Below, piece after piece: positions 19,601-27,800 of a stretch of 64,000 nt of DNA. The DNA is from Candidatus Pacearchaeota archaeon (lineage in GTDB: Archaea; Nanobdellota; Nanobdellia; Pacearchaeales; GW2011-AR1), in NCBI GenBank assembly GCA_016188825.1, contig JACPHA010000005.1, positions 45 to 64,044 on the forward strand, in the 5' to 3' direction. The notes under the pieces were generated by a model. It did no database searches. It had not been told where the DNA came from and worked only from the letters and a program-made list of their open reading frames with translations. The position numbers and the translations under genes were made by a program. Within the stretch, counting starts at the first letter, position 1, and each line of letters begins with the position of its first letter.

Positions 19601-20934
19601 TGGTAAATGATAGCTTTACTCCTTTGGGAAGTGCAACGCCGTTGGAAAGCAATGCGAGAAATGTAAGTTTTGTTTTCACTGCTTATGATGGGAATGGCGC
19701 AGGAAATTTAAACGGCAGCACAGCACAAGCAAGATTTCAGAGGACAGGGCAGATAACAAGAGAGAATTTAACTTGCTCTGAAATTTCAGGGCAAAACACA
19801 ACAAGCACAAAGAATTATAGTTGCACAATCGGAATGTGGTACTTCGATCAATCAGGAAATTGGATTGTAAATGCGACGATAAAAGACAATTCAAATGCAA
19901 TGGCGGAGAACTCATCAGCACAGTTCTTTTATGCAACTCTCGGCACTTTTGCTTTTTCACCTAAATCATTCGGGTTTGGAATTTTATTGCCCGGAGAGAT
20001 TAATAAATTGGCTTTGGAAGCGATGCTGATTAACAATACTGGAAATGCAAATTCTTCAAGTTTGAACATAACTGCTATTAATTTGTTGGGAGAGCAGGAT
20101 AGCAATTATATGATTCCTGCAGAAAACTTTACGGTTCATATTTCTGCTTTCTGTGATGTTGGGACAAGGATGCAAAATGGTACGAATGTTTCTGTTATCG
20201 GATCTTTATTGCCTCCAGGGAACAATTCGTTAAATTATAGGAATGAAACTTCAGGGCAGGAAGAATTGTATTTTTGTATTGAAGAAGTTCCAAACAGCAT
20301 TATTTCACAGGATTATTCAACAAGAATTGGCGGCTCTTGGGAGATTTTTATTTTTGTTGCGCCTTTTGTTATAAGAAGGAAGAGGAAAAAACATGGAAAA
20401 GAAATTAATGAAAAAATTGAAGTTGACAAAGAAGAGCTTCTTGATTTGTTGGGAGATAAATTAGAAGAATTGTTAATTTTAGTTAAGGAAAGAAAGATTA
20501 AGCGGGAAGAAAAAGAAATTATTAAGAAGGAGAAAATGGAGAAGAAAGAAATTGAAGTTCCTTTGGGAGTATTTAGAGAGAAAGCTGGAGCGGCGGAAGT
20601 ATTATGTAAATATCTGAGAGAAAACACTGGCTTGAAATTTGTTGAAATCGCAGAATTATTGAACAGAGACAGAAGGACAATAGGAGCCAATTACAAGAAT
20701 GCAGTTAGGAGAATAAAGAACAAGATAAAGATTGACAAAACAGGAGAGGAAATTTATATACCAATAGAAATTTTGGCAAACAGGAAATTGAGTATTTTAG
20801 AATCTGTCGTTCATTACTTGAGAGAAAAAGGCTTGAGAAATTCTGAAATAGCGGGCATGCTTAATAGAGACCCGAGGAATGTTTGGACTTTGTACTCAAG
20901 GGCAGTAAAGAAATTAAGGAAGAGTAATATTTAA
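16630..20934 (+). CDS. Giant two-TM surface protein with cytoplasmic C-terminal tandem HTH (cassette 1, gene 1)
   Basis: 1,434 aa. In order: a Lys/Glu-rich N-terminal ~95 aa; TM1 FVSFVLILVLFLILFFVYL (~16915-16985); a ~1,150 aa Asn/Cys-rich middle part full of N-x-S/T sequons; TM2 WEIFIFVAPFVI (~20338-20373) followed by RRKRKKHGK (positive-inside); then two HTH repeats. The last ~290 ectodomain residues are homologous to the signal-peptide protein encoded at 20980, which supports an extracellular location. Confidence 0.85.
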   Translation: MINDLKRKIIELKKNRVLAVRNKEKIIQIAKKLFLDYQKGKITEEEYKEELKKSFGGKEVKEWIEYYDVYIEQCTGQIEFYGYKLMQEKTRALTKKFVSFVLILVLFLILFFVYLQLQKQVFFAPITETYVDNLNLFYNESAEYVWKPENEGRINGVKLSGLIEGDGEVKVYFEDKLILDSKNLEITEGKIISGNTVYNNLDNTSENNNFSSDNIYGGDVNFSGSSENFVSNQAQVENTIKKFSEICEETCDLSEFNFSSGNYKLRIEINGNAKVRIDNLSYGIFTKVRIDNLSYGIFKEVAKAEVKETAQREEKTAKGKKVNFDGLIQGDLISTEIPESWNVKDKSKLKVYWKEGGEEIDFDAVDNNNDGIIDELSWESSQGGTQTFEIIVITKAEHLDSNKEFISDIYDSVKELDGIWSEEIPDKHYIRVKFERKLTNTNDITIYPRKISGNPRIEIYEINGTSTIASFDTLKDNEYNKVYLTSLQNSQDSFDLLVLDGAIEIEHIVDPSASPGNGVDLRAQACARQNQQGSQNTFDLACFGTYPNSTCSSSGDRLSCDDGIVETATTFTGTYGGINASFYNSSITNCVQIVQVFLCYNFWGSAPNQHSCEVGVDSDGGASWSSFSVSCFGGDSGISCTNFTAGQNWQCSNFFGANGTSALAKAQAFKQGGGGIRSWNFDVLFFNLTYTADTTPPQVTIIDPQNNFYNTSFIYFNISTNENSTANYSLDGGRTNISMSANASLTGFTAFNNSIADGIYTVNYYVRDIYGNSNNTENVTFTVDTTAPTANYVSPTENSGVARNRDYIEVNVTASDSGVGLDSILIRLYNSSQNQINSSTTSSPNYINFSGLSDGLYFYNTTANDTLNNKVDLTTRNITLDRTFPLISYGVGTENDNAVVNRDWIYVNVTFLEINFANITFLLVNDFGIVNSTTHTTEIYEINWTNLPAGNYTYNVSIYDLAGNFNSTATRKINLSASAGNSAPEIIFVGLVNDSFTPLGSATPLESNARNVSFVFTAYDGNGAGNLNGSTAQARFQRTGQITRENLTCSEISGQNTTSTKNYSCTIGMWYFDQSGNWIVNATIKDNSNAMAENSSAQFFYATLGTFAFSPKSFGFGILLPGEINKLALEAMLINNTGNANSSSLNITAINLLGEQDSNYMIPAENFTVHISAFCDVGTRMQNGTNVSVIGSLLPPGNNSLNYRNETSGQEELYFCIEEVPNSIISQDYSTRIGGSWEIFIFVAPFVIRRKRKKHGKEINEKIEVDKEELLDLLGDKLEELLILVKERKIKREEKEIIKKEKMEKKEIEVPLGVFREKAGAAEVLCKYLRENTGLKFVEIAELLNRDRRTIGANYKNAVRRIKNKIKIDKTGEEIYIPIEILANRKLSILESVVHYLREKGLRNSEIAGMLNRDPRNVWTLYSRAVKKLRKSNI
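17447..17524 (+). repeat. Perfect 39 bp tandem duplication inside cassette-1 gene 1
   Basis: caaaggtaagaattgataatttaagttatggaattttta occurs at 17447-17485 and again at 17486-17524 (protein KVRIDNLSYGIFT / KVRIDNLSYGIFK). The paralog at 25435-25473 has one copy. Confidence 0.95.
20560..20931 (+). other. Tandem HTH domains (sigma-70 region 4 / LuxR-GerE-like) of the 1,434 aa protein
   Basis: AAEVLCKYLRENTGLKFVEIAELLNRDRRTIGANYKNAVRRIKNK and ILESVVHYLREKGLRNSEIAGMLNRDPRNVWTLYSRAVKKLRK. The pattern h-L-E-x(4)-L-x-E-x-G-x(3)-EIA-x-L-x-R-x(2)-R-T/N-V-W-x(2)-Y-x-R-A-x-KKL matches the sigma70_r4/GerE helix-turn-helix layout. Confidence 0.7.
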
Positions 20935-20979
20935 AAGTGTAAATTAGTTAGTTAATAATAGGAGAAACAAAAAGAGGAC

Positions 20980-21918
20980 ATGGAAAAGACAAAAATTATT
21001 TATTTTTTTATTATGTTTGTTGTTATCGCTTTGTTTTTGATTAATTTTGTTTCTGCTAGTTTTGGTGATTGGCTTAGAGAATTGTTTGGAGGAGAGCCGC
21101 AACTTGCGCCATTTAATCTTACTGTAACTGTTGGGAATACTCCGCCCAATATAACTTTTGTTATTGCTCCCGGAGCTTCGCCAGTAGAAAACGGAACTTC
21201 TTTTGTCAATGTTATTTTCACAGCATTTGACCAAAATGGAGCAGGAGATTTAAATAGCAGTACAGCGCAAGCAAGATTTCAGAGGACAGGGCAGATAACA
21301 AGAGAGAATTTAACTTGTGCTGAAGTTTTAGGACAGGCAACAACGAACACGAAGAACTATAGTTGCACAATCGGAATGTTGTACTTCGATCAATCTGGAA
21401 ATTGGATTGTAAATGCGACGATAAAAGACAATTCTAATGCAATGGCGGAGAATTCCAGCGCAATATTTTCATATGGGACTTTTATTGGCACATTCTTTTC
21501 TCCTAAACAAATGTCGTGGGATTCATTAAGCGCCGGAGCCGCTAATGTACCCTCGGGCAATAATCCCATGCTTTTGAATAATACAGGCAATGTTAACATT
21601 AATTATACTAATGGCAACTTTAATATTACCGCTATTGATTTGGAGATAGAAAATCCTGGAAGCGGCGAATATATATATGCCGGAAACTTCAGCGTTGATA
21701 TAAGTGCTGCAGGATGTTTAGGAACACAAATGGCAAATGGAACTTCAAGAGCAATAGTAAATGCCATCTTACCACCGGGAAACAATTCATTAAATTATAG
21801 AAATGATAGTTCAGGACAGGAAGAATTATACTTCTGCATAACCGCCTTAAGCGGAACTTTATCACCTGGAACATATTCAGCTTTGAAAGGAGGCTCATGG
21901 AAACTTGATTATTTGTAA
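20980..21918 (+). CDS. Secreted Asn-rich protein, free-standing paralog of the membrane-proximal ectodomain of the upstream gene (cassette 1, gene 2)
   Basis: 312 aa. Signal peptide IIYFFIMFVVIALFLINFVSA followed by SFGDW. Blocks are identical or nearly identical to 19726-19910 of the upstream gene (e.g. 21268-21317 = 19726-19775, 50/50 nt). No TM or HTH at the C-terminus. Confidence 0.8.
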   Translation: MEKTKIIYFFIMFVVIALFLINFVSASFGDWLRELFGGEPQLAPFNLTVTVGNTPPNITFVIAPGASPVENGTSFVNVIFTAFDQNGAGDLNSSTAQARFQRTGQITRENLTCAEVLGQATTNTKNYSCTIGMLYFDQSGNWIVNATIKDNSNAMAENSSAIFSYGTFIGTFFSPKQMSWDSLSAGAANVPSGNNPMLLNNTGNVNINYTNGNFNITAIDLEIENPGSGEYIYAGNFSVDISAAGCLGTQMANGTSRAIVNAILPPGNNSLNYRNDSSGQEELYFCITALSGTLSPGTYSALKGGSWKLDYL

Positions 21919-21919
21919 A

Positions 21920-22585
21920 ATGATAAAAAGTAATTCAATTATAAAGTTCGGAATTTGTAGTTTGTTTTTGATTATTATTTTGAGCTCGGGAGTAATTTCC
22001 CCAGGAGTTGCTTCTCCGCCCTATGGCCCTGAGAGCCCCCTAGAACTTGTGCCAGGAGAGAGTAAGAGTTTAGATTTTATCTTGCAAAATGCCGGCGGAG
22101 AAGATATTAAATTTAGAGTAACTTTGACACAAGGAGAGGCGATTGCAAGGCTAACAGATAATAATTTGGAGTATCTTGTTCCTGCCGGAAGAACAGACGT
22201 CAAAGTTCCTGTTTTGGTCAGCATTCCAGAAGAGGCAGTTTTAGGAAGCGAACACACGGTTGGTATTTCTGTTGAGGAAATCCCTGTTACAAGCGAAGGA
22301 ACTTTACAGTTTGCAACCCGCTACGGCAGTTCTTTTCCTGTAGTTGTTAAGGCTTTTTCGCCAGGAGAGGCGGGTGGAGAAACAGAAGAGGGATTGAGCA
22401 CAGGGCTTTTGATTGGAATTGCAATTGGAATTTTGGTTTTGTTAATAATAATTTTAGTTGTCGTTTTGAAGAGAAGAAGTAAAGCAGGAAGCATGATGGC
22501 AGGAACTGGGCAGACAGAGGCTCAAATGCAGACAAGCGGAGAAATGGAAGATGAAAGGAAAGGACCTGTTTATTCTTTGAAGTGA
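21920..22585 (+). CDS. C-terminally anchored single beta-sandwich surface protein (cassette 1, gene 3)
   Basis: The ORF track starts at TTG 21905; ATG 21920 lies 1 nt after the upstream stop. In order: signal peptide, PGESKSLDFILQNAGGEDIKFRV-type strand pattern, Gly/Glu linker, TM LLIGIAIGILVLLIIILVVVL, then KRRSK. Confidence 0.7.
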   Translation: MIKSNSIIKFGICSLFLIIILSSGVISPGVASPPYGPESPLELVPGESKSLDFILQNAGGEDIKFRVTLTQGEAIARLTDNNLEYLVPAGRTDVKVPVLVSIPEEAVLGSEHTVGISVEEIPVTSEGTLQFATRYGSSFPVVVKAFSPGEAGGETEEGLSTGLLIGIAIGILVLLIIILVVVLKRRSKAGSMMAGTGQTEAQMQTSGEMEDERKGPVYSLK

Positions 22586-22601
22586 AACAAAAATAAGGTT
22601 T

Positions 22602-22961
22602 CTATTCTATTATGCCTTTTCCACCCCTAAATTCTTTTTTTCTTTCTGTTAATAGAGCCATGTCCTTTCCGTAAACACTAATAATCTGTTCATCTACTCG
22701 ATGAAGATAGGCATATATGTAGCTATTATGATCTACGTAAGTACGATTATTTTGCTCTCTCTTAAAAGCAAGCCCATTAGGGGAATAAAATGTAATCTGG
22801 CCTCCTTTTTTGATAACATTAACTTCTATAGGTAGCCTAAATAGAAAATTTTCTCCTTAAAATTCTCTTTTCACCATTAGCTCGGTGCGTCAGTCTGAAC
22901 CCATTGCATTGACAGAAGAATATTCAACAACTCCATTTACATAATCATCAATTTCTGGCAT
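22602..22961 (-). pseudogene. Decayed ORF of unknown function (one frame, two in-frame stops)
   Basis: The minus-strand ATG at 22961 opens a 120-codon frame ending at TAG 22604-22602. It is interrupted by TGA (22892-22890) and TAA (22859-22857): MPEIDDYVNGVVEYSSVNAMGSD*RTELMVKREF*GENFLFRLPIEVNVIKKGGQITFYSPNGLAFKREQNNRTYVDHNSYIYAYLHRVDEQIISVYGKDMALLTERKKEFRGGKGIIE. The 85-codon stop-free tail has no canonical start. Confidence 0.45.
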
Positions 22962-23012
22962 GTTATTTTAAAAAAATAGCAAGACTATAAACATTATTGT
23001 TTTTCAAAATAA

Positions 23013-23486
23013 TCAACATTTCACAATATTTTTTTCTCCGAGTTTGCAGGTATAATAATATAAGGAGAGAGTTTTTGGGTTTTTTGAAGATTCTTCAGAG
23101 AAGAAGTAGGTTTTTGTTGTTCCGGGAGCAAGGATTTCACAGCCAGGACAGGAATTTGTGTTTTCGCAAATCCATGATGACTCCGAATTTTCATAACTGA
23201 TTATGAATGTTAAAGAGTTGATATTGATGTTTTCAGAAGATCTTGTTAGCGTTGCTTCTGTTTCATTTGTCTCTTGACTGAAGCAAACATTATTTATTGT
23301 TATGGGATTTTTTATCTGCAAATCAATGCAATTAAATTCTGGAGAAAGGGTTTTTGTGCCAATTGGTTTTATTAGAGTGTTATATAATAAAAATGCCGCC
23401 GCGATTATAATTAATACTAGAGATAATGTTATGACTATTTCAGCCAAACCCTTTTTATTTAATTTTTCTATTTTCATATTCTGCAT
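23013..23486 (-). CDS. Type IV pilin-like protein (class III signal peptide)
   Basis: N-terminus MQNMKIEKLNKKG/LAEIVITLSLVLIIIAAAFLLY: a short basic region, Gly, then ~22 hydrophobic residues, as in archaeal prepilins. 13 nt overlap with the upstream protease gene. Confidence 0.55.
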   Translation of the reverse strand: MQNMKIEKLNKKGLAEIVITLSLVLIIIAAAFLLYNTLIKPIGTKTLSPEFNCIDLQIKNPITINNVCFSQETNETEATLTRSSENININSLTFIISYENSESSWICENTNSCPGCEILAPGTTKTYFFSEESSKNPKTLSLYYYTCKLGEKNIVKC

Positions 23487-24589
23487 GGTCTTGCTCCGAT
23501 ATCATTTAGTTTAAGTTCTCCTATTTTTCCGTTATAAATTATTTGAAGTTTTGCTGCTTTTTCTAATATAGGTATTTTCAATATAAATTCTCCAGAGTTC
23601 TCGAATATTTCTCCAGTTAAATCAGTGTTTGCTTCTGTTGCAGGGGAATCTGTGAAAATTAATTCTGCGTTGAAATCTCCAGAATGAATAACTTGGCCGT
23701 CTTTTAAGATAACATTAAATTTAAATTCTCCGAAGCCATTAGATCCCACGCAGCCATCTGCGATTTCCCTTGAAGTTATTCTAACTTCTTGGTTTTGGTA
23801 GACACCAGTTATAAGGAAATATTTTTGATTTTCGCAGTCTAGTTCCGGAGAAATTACAGAGCCGGTGATTTTTGAATTTTTTTCTGTGTTTTCATTTATT
23901 CTGGATTGCACGAGAAAAGAATTAAACTTGCCGTAGGCATTTGATTCAAGAGTTCTCATGACTCCGTTTTCAATTGACCTTGTGTAATCATCTCTTGAGC
24001 AGCCTTCGAAACAGCCGTCTTTTATTTCTGAGAATTCAGAGCAGGATGAAACGCAATTTTTTGCTTCTCTTGGCAAACGCGCAGGGACATATTCTTCTGC
24101 GAGATTTGCAAACGCGTGTCCGAATTCATGAGTCAGGACAGATGAAGGGTGCCTTGAATTTATGCTCATTACGTTCATGTAAGAAGAGCTTCTTATTTCT
24201 GGAGACTGCTTTTCAACGACGACGACGTAATCATTAGGGCATGAAGAAGCTGTTTTAATTAAATCTTTTGAATAACATAGCAAAGCAATTTCCTTGTATA
24301 GTTTGCAATCCGGCTTATAGGAATCAATGTAGAAGAAGTTAAATTTGTCCTTGTTTTCTCTTATGGGGGTTGTTTCCATTAGGTGATTTGTGTATCTCTC
24401 TGCAGTGTTTTTATCTGAAAAGAAAACAAGGTTGATTTTATCATTTCCATTAAACCTGATTGCTTTGCATTCCTGCAATTGGACTGGAGAGCTCTTTATG
24501 TTTAAACTATATATGAATATAATGAGGAAAATAAAGGAAACGGACAAGGCCGATACTATTAATGTTATTAATAATTTTCTTTTTTCCAT
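23474..24589 (-). CDS. Anchored/secreted zinc metalloprotease, M64 (IgA-peptidase)-like
   Basis: N-terminal signal anchor. HEFGHAFANLAEEY is HExxH plus a downstream Glu, arranged as remembered for peptidase family M64. An INLVFFSD block lies near the N-terminus and there are several Cys. Confidence 0.65.
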   Translation of the reverse strand: MEKRKLLITLIVSALSVSFIFLIIFIYSLNIKSSPVQLQECKAIRFNGNDKINLVFFSDKNTAERYTNHLMETTPIRENKDKFNFFYIDSYKPDCKLYKEIALLCYSKDLIKTASSCPNDYVVVVEKQSPEIRSSSYMNVMSINSRHPSSVLTHEFGHAFANLAEEYVPARLPREAKNCVSSCSEFSEIKDGCFEGCSRDDYTRSIENGVMRTLESNAYGKFNSFLVQSRINENTEKNSKITGSVISPELDCENQKYFLITGVYQNQEVRITSREIADGCVGSNGFGEFKFNVILKDGQVIHSGDFNAELIFTDSPATEANTDLTGEIFENSGEFILKIPILEKAAKLQIIYNGKIGELKLNDIGARPCRI

Positions 24590-24803
24590 TTTGTGTTAAT
24601 TTAGTGTTTTTTTTGGTTAATAAGTTTGATGTTTTTATTTTTTATGCCAAGAGGGTTTCTAAAGTATGCTGTTATTAAATAGTACATAAATAATAAGTAT
24701 AATTAATAAAAGCACAATATTTATAAGTATTAATACATAAATAATAGGTAAATTTGGAGTGTATTGGGAGACGTATTATGAATAGATGTAAAAATAGCGG
24801 GAA

Positions 24804-27800
24804 ATGAGCAAAATAAAAAATAAAATTTTTGAATTGCAGGAGAAAAAGAGAGAGATTTTTGTTAAAATCGCCCAATTAAAAAAAGAGAAAGATAAATCAG
24901 ATTATAATATCCAGTTAAGAACTTATCATGCACAGAAAGAATGGGTTGAGAGCGAGATAAGGCGAGAAAAAAGAAAATCTGTTAGAAATATTTTAATTCC
25001 GATATTTTTCATTTCTTTATTTTTAGTTGTGATTTTTCTTTATGTATTTTTTAAACCAACGCTGACAGGGTTTGCAGTTTTTGAAGGAGTTAGTAAGATT
25101 TATACAAAACAATTGGATATTTGGGAGAATAATAGTGAGGAATATACAATTGAAATTAATGAGAGTGGAAGAATCAACAGCGTGAAATTATCTGGTTTAA
25201 TAGAAGGCGACGGCGAAGTCAAAGTTTATTTTGAGGATAAATTAATTCTTTATAGCAATAATCTGAAAGTTAGCGAGACCAAGTTAATAAATAAAACTCT
25301 AGATGATAACCAAACACAAGAAGTTGAAGTTGCAATAAAGAAATTTAGTGAAATATGCGAAGAAACTTGTGACTTGAGTGAATTTAATTTTAGTTCTGGA
25401 AATTATAAACTAAGAATTGAGATAAACGGAAACGCAAAGGTAAGAATTGATAATTTAAGTTATGGAATTTTTAGAGAAGAGAAAATTGAAAGAGGGAAAA
25501 GAGCAGAGTTTGTTGAGCTGGTTGAGGGAGATATAATTTCGACGGAAATTCCGGAAAGCTGGAATATAAAAAATAAAAATAAAATAAAAATTTATTGGGA
25601 AGAAGGAGGAAAAGAAATTGATTTTGACGTCGGTGATAATGATAATGATGGAGTTATTGATGAAGTTTCTTGGACAAGCCCGCAGGGCGGAACTCAGACG
25701 TTTGAAATAATTGTCATAACAAAAGCAGAGCATTTGGATTCTAATAAAGAATTTATTTCTGATATTTACGAGGATGTTCGCGAGCTGGATGGAAAGTGGA
25801 GCGAGGAAATTCCATCAGGGGATTTTGTAAGAGTTAAATTTGAAAGAAAATTGACAAACACGAATGATATTACAATTTATCCTCGAAAAATTAGTGGAAA
25901 TCCAAGAATTGAGATTTATGAAATTAACGGGACTTCAACGATAGCTTCGTTTGACACTTTGAAAGATAATGAGTATAACAAAGTATTTTTGACTTCATTA
26001 CAAGGTGAGCAGGATAGTTTTGACCTTTTGGTTTTAGACGGAGCAATTGAGATTGAGCATATTATTGACCCTACACAACTATTCTTTGAGAATTTTGAAG
26101 CTGGGAATTTAAATAATTGGAATAACGTAGCTTTATGGAATAATGCATCAGACCGAAAGGACACGGGGACATATAGCGCTAAATGCACAGGTGCTAATGA
26201 TTGTGATATGAGTCTTGCTACTGCCTTAGATACTTCAACTGCTTCAGAAGTTAATGTAACTTTCAGATTTAATGATGATGATTTGGATGGAGTAGGCGAC
26301 GCACCATATTATTGGAATGACAGTTCTGGAAATTGGGATTTGATAGGAGAACTTGATTCAGCCACAGAAGATACATGGCTTACTTTTTCAAATTCATCAA
26401 CTGATTCGCAATATTTCCATAAAGGATTTAACATAAGGTTTACTACCACTCTTGATGGTGGTGGTGGCGTTGAAAATCTTTGGCTTGATAATATAAATGT
26501 TTCTTATACTCCCGATACAACTCCTCCAATAGTAACAATAAATCAGCCAACTCCTCCCTATGTGAATATCTCAACATCAAGCGTTGACTTCAATGTAACA
26601 ATAGACGAGAATGGCGATACAGCTAGATACACATTAGACAGTGGAGCAAACAATGTAACAATGCAAAAAAACGGCCAGAGAGACTTTAATCATACAAATT
26701 CCAGCATAGCAGATGGCTTGTATACTATAAGATTTTATGTAAATGATACAGCAGGCAATTTAAATGATACAGCAAATAGAACATTTACAGTTGACACCAC
26801 TTCTCCAACAGCAAATTATGTTTCTCCGACTGAAAATTCTGGAGCTGCAAGAAACAGAGATTATATTGAGGTTAATGTTACAGCATCTGATTCTGGCGTT
26901 GGATTAGATAGCATTTTGATAAGATTGTATAACTCTTCTCAAAATCAAATAAATAGCTCAACAACAACTTCATCTCCAAATTATATTAATTTTTCAGGCT
27001 TATCTGACGGATTATATTTCTACAATGCAACAGCAAATGATACTTTAAACAACAAAGTTGACTTAACAACAAGGAATATTACTTTGGATAGAACATTTCC
27101 TTTAATTTCTTATGGAGTTGGCACAGCAGACGACGGAGCAAATTTAACACAATCAAATATTTATGTTAATGTCTCGGTTACAGAAACAAACTTTGCAAAT
27201 ATAACTTTCTTGTTGAGGAATGATACCGCAACAGTAAATTCTACAACATTTACAACCGCAACTTATGAAATTAACTGGACAGGTCTTCCATTGACAAATT
27301 ATACATACAATGTTTCAATTTATGATACGGCCGGGAATTTTAATTCAACAGCTACGAGGAAGATTAATTTATCAGAGGCAGCGCTAAATTCAGCTCCAAC
27401 AATAACGTTTGTAAGCATTATGCCTGCGACAGACCCAAGTGAAAACACCATTAAGAATATTTTATTTAATTTTACAGCTACAGATGCAGATGGTGGAGGA
27501 AATATTAATATTAGTACAGCGCAAGCAAGATTCCAACTTACTGGACAGACAACAAGGTCCAATTTAACTTGCGCAAATATTACCGGTGTTTTTAGCAGTA
27601 ATAATATGAACTTCACTTGCACTGTTGGAATGTGGTATTTTGACTATCCAGGAGCATGGACAGTTAATGTTACAATTTCTGATAATAGCGCAGCAAATGG
27701 CGAGAATTCAACAACAACATTTACTTATAATACTCTGAATGCGATGGTAATGTCTCCCAATGCTTTAACATGGGCAAGTTTATCAGCCGGGGCTTTGAAC

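Noticed and set aside
22602-22961. Stop-codon reassignment (alternative genetic code) suggested by in-frame TGA/TAA here and TAA in the HepT gene.
   Set aside because: TAA, TAG and TGA each terminate well-conserved genes at the expected protein ends (xerA and topA with TAA, rpl15e with TAG, metG and aspS with TGA). The HepT gene additionally needs a frameshift. Pseudogenisation is the simpler reading.
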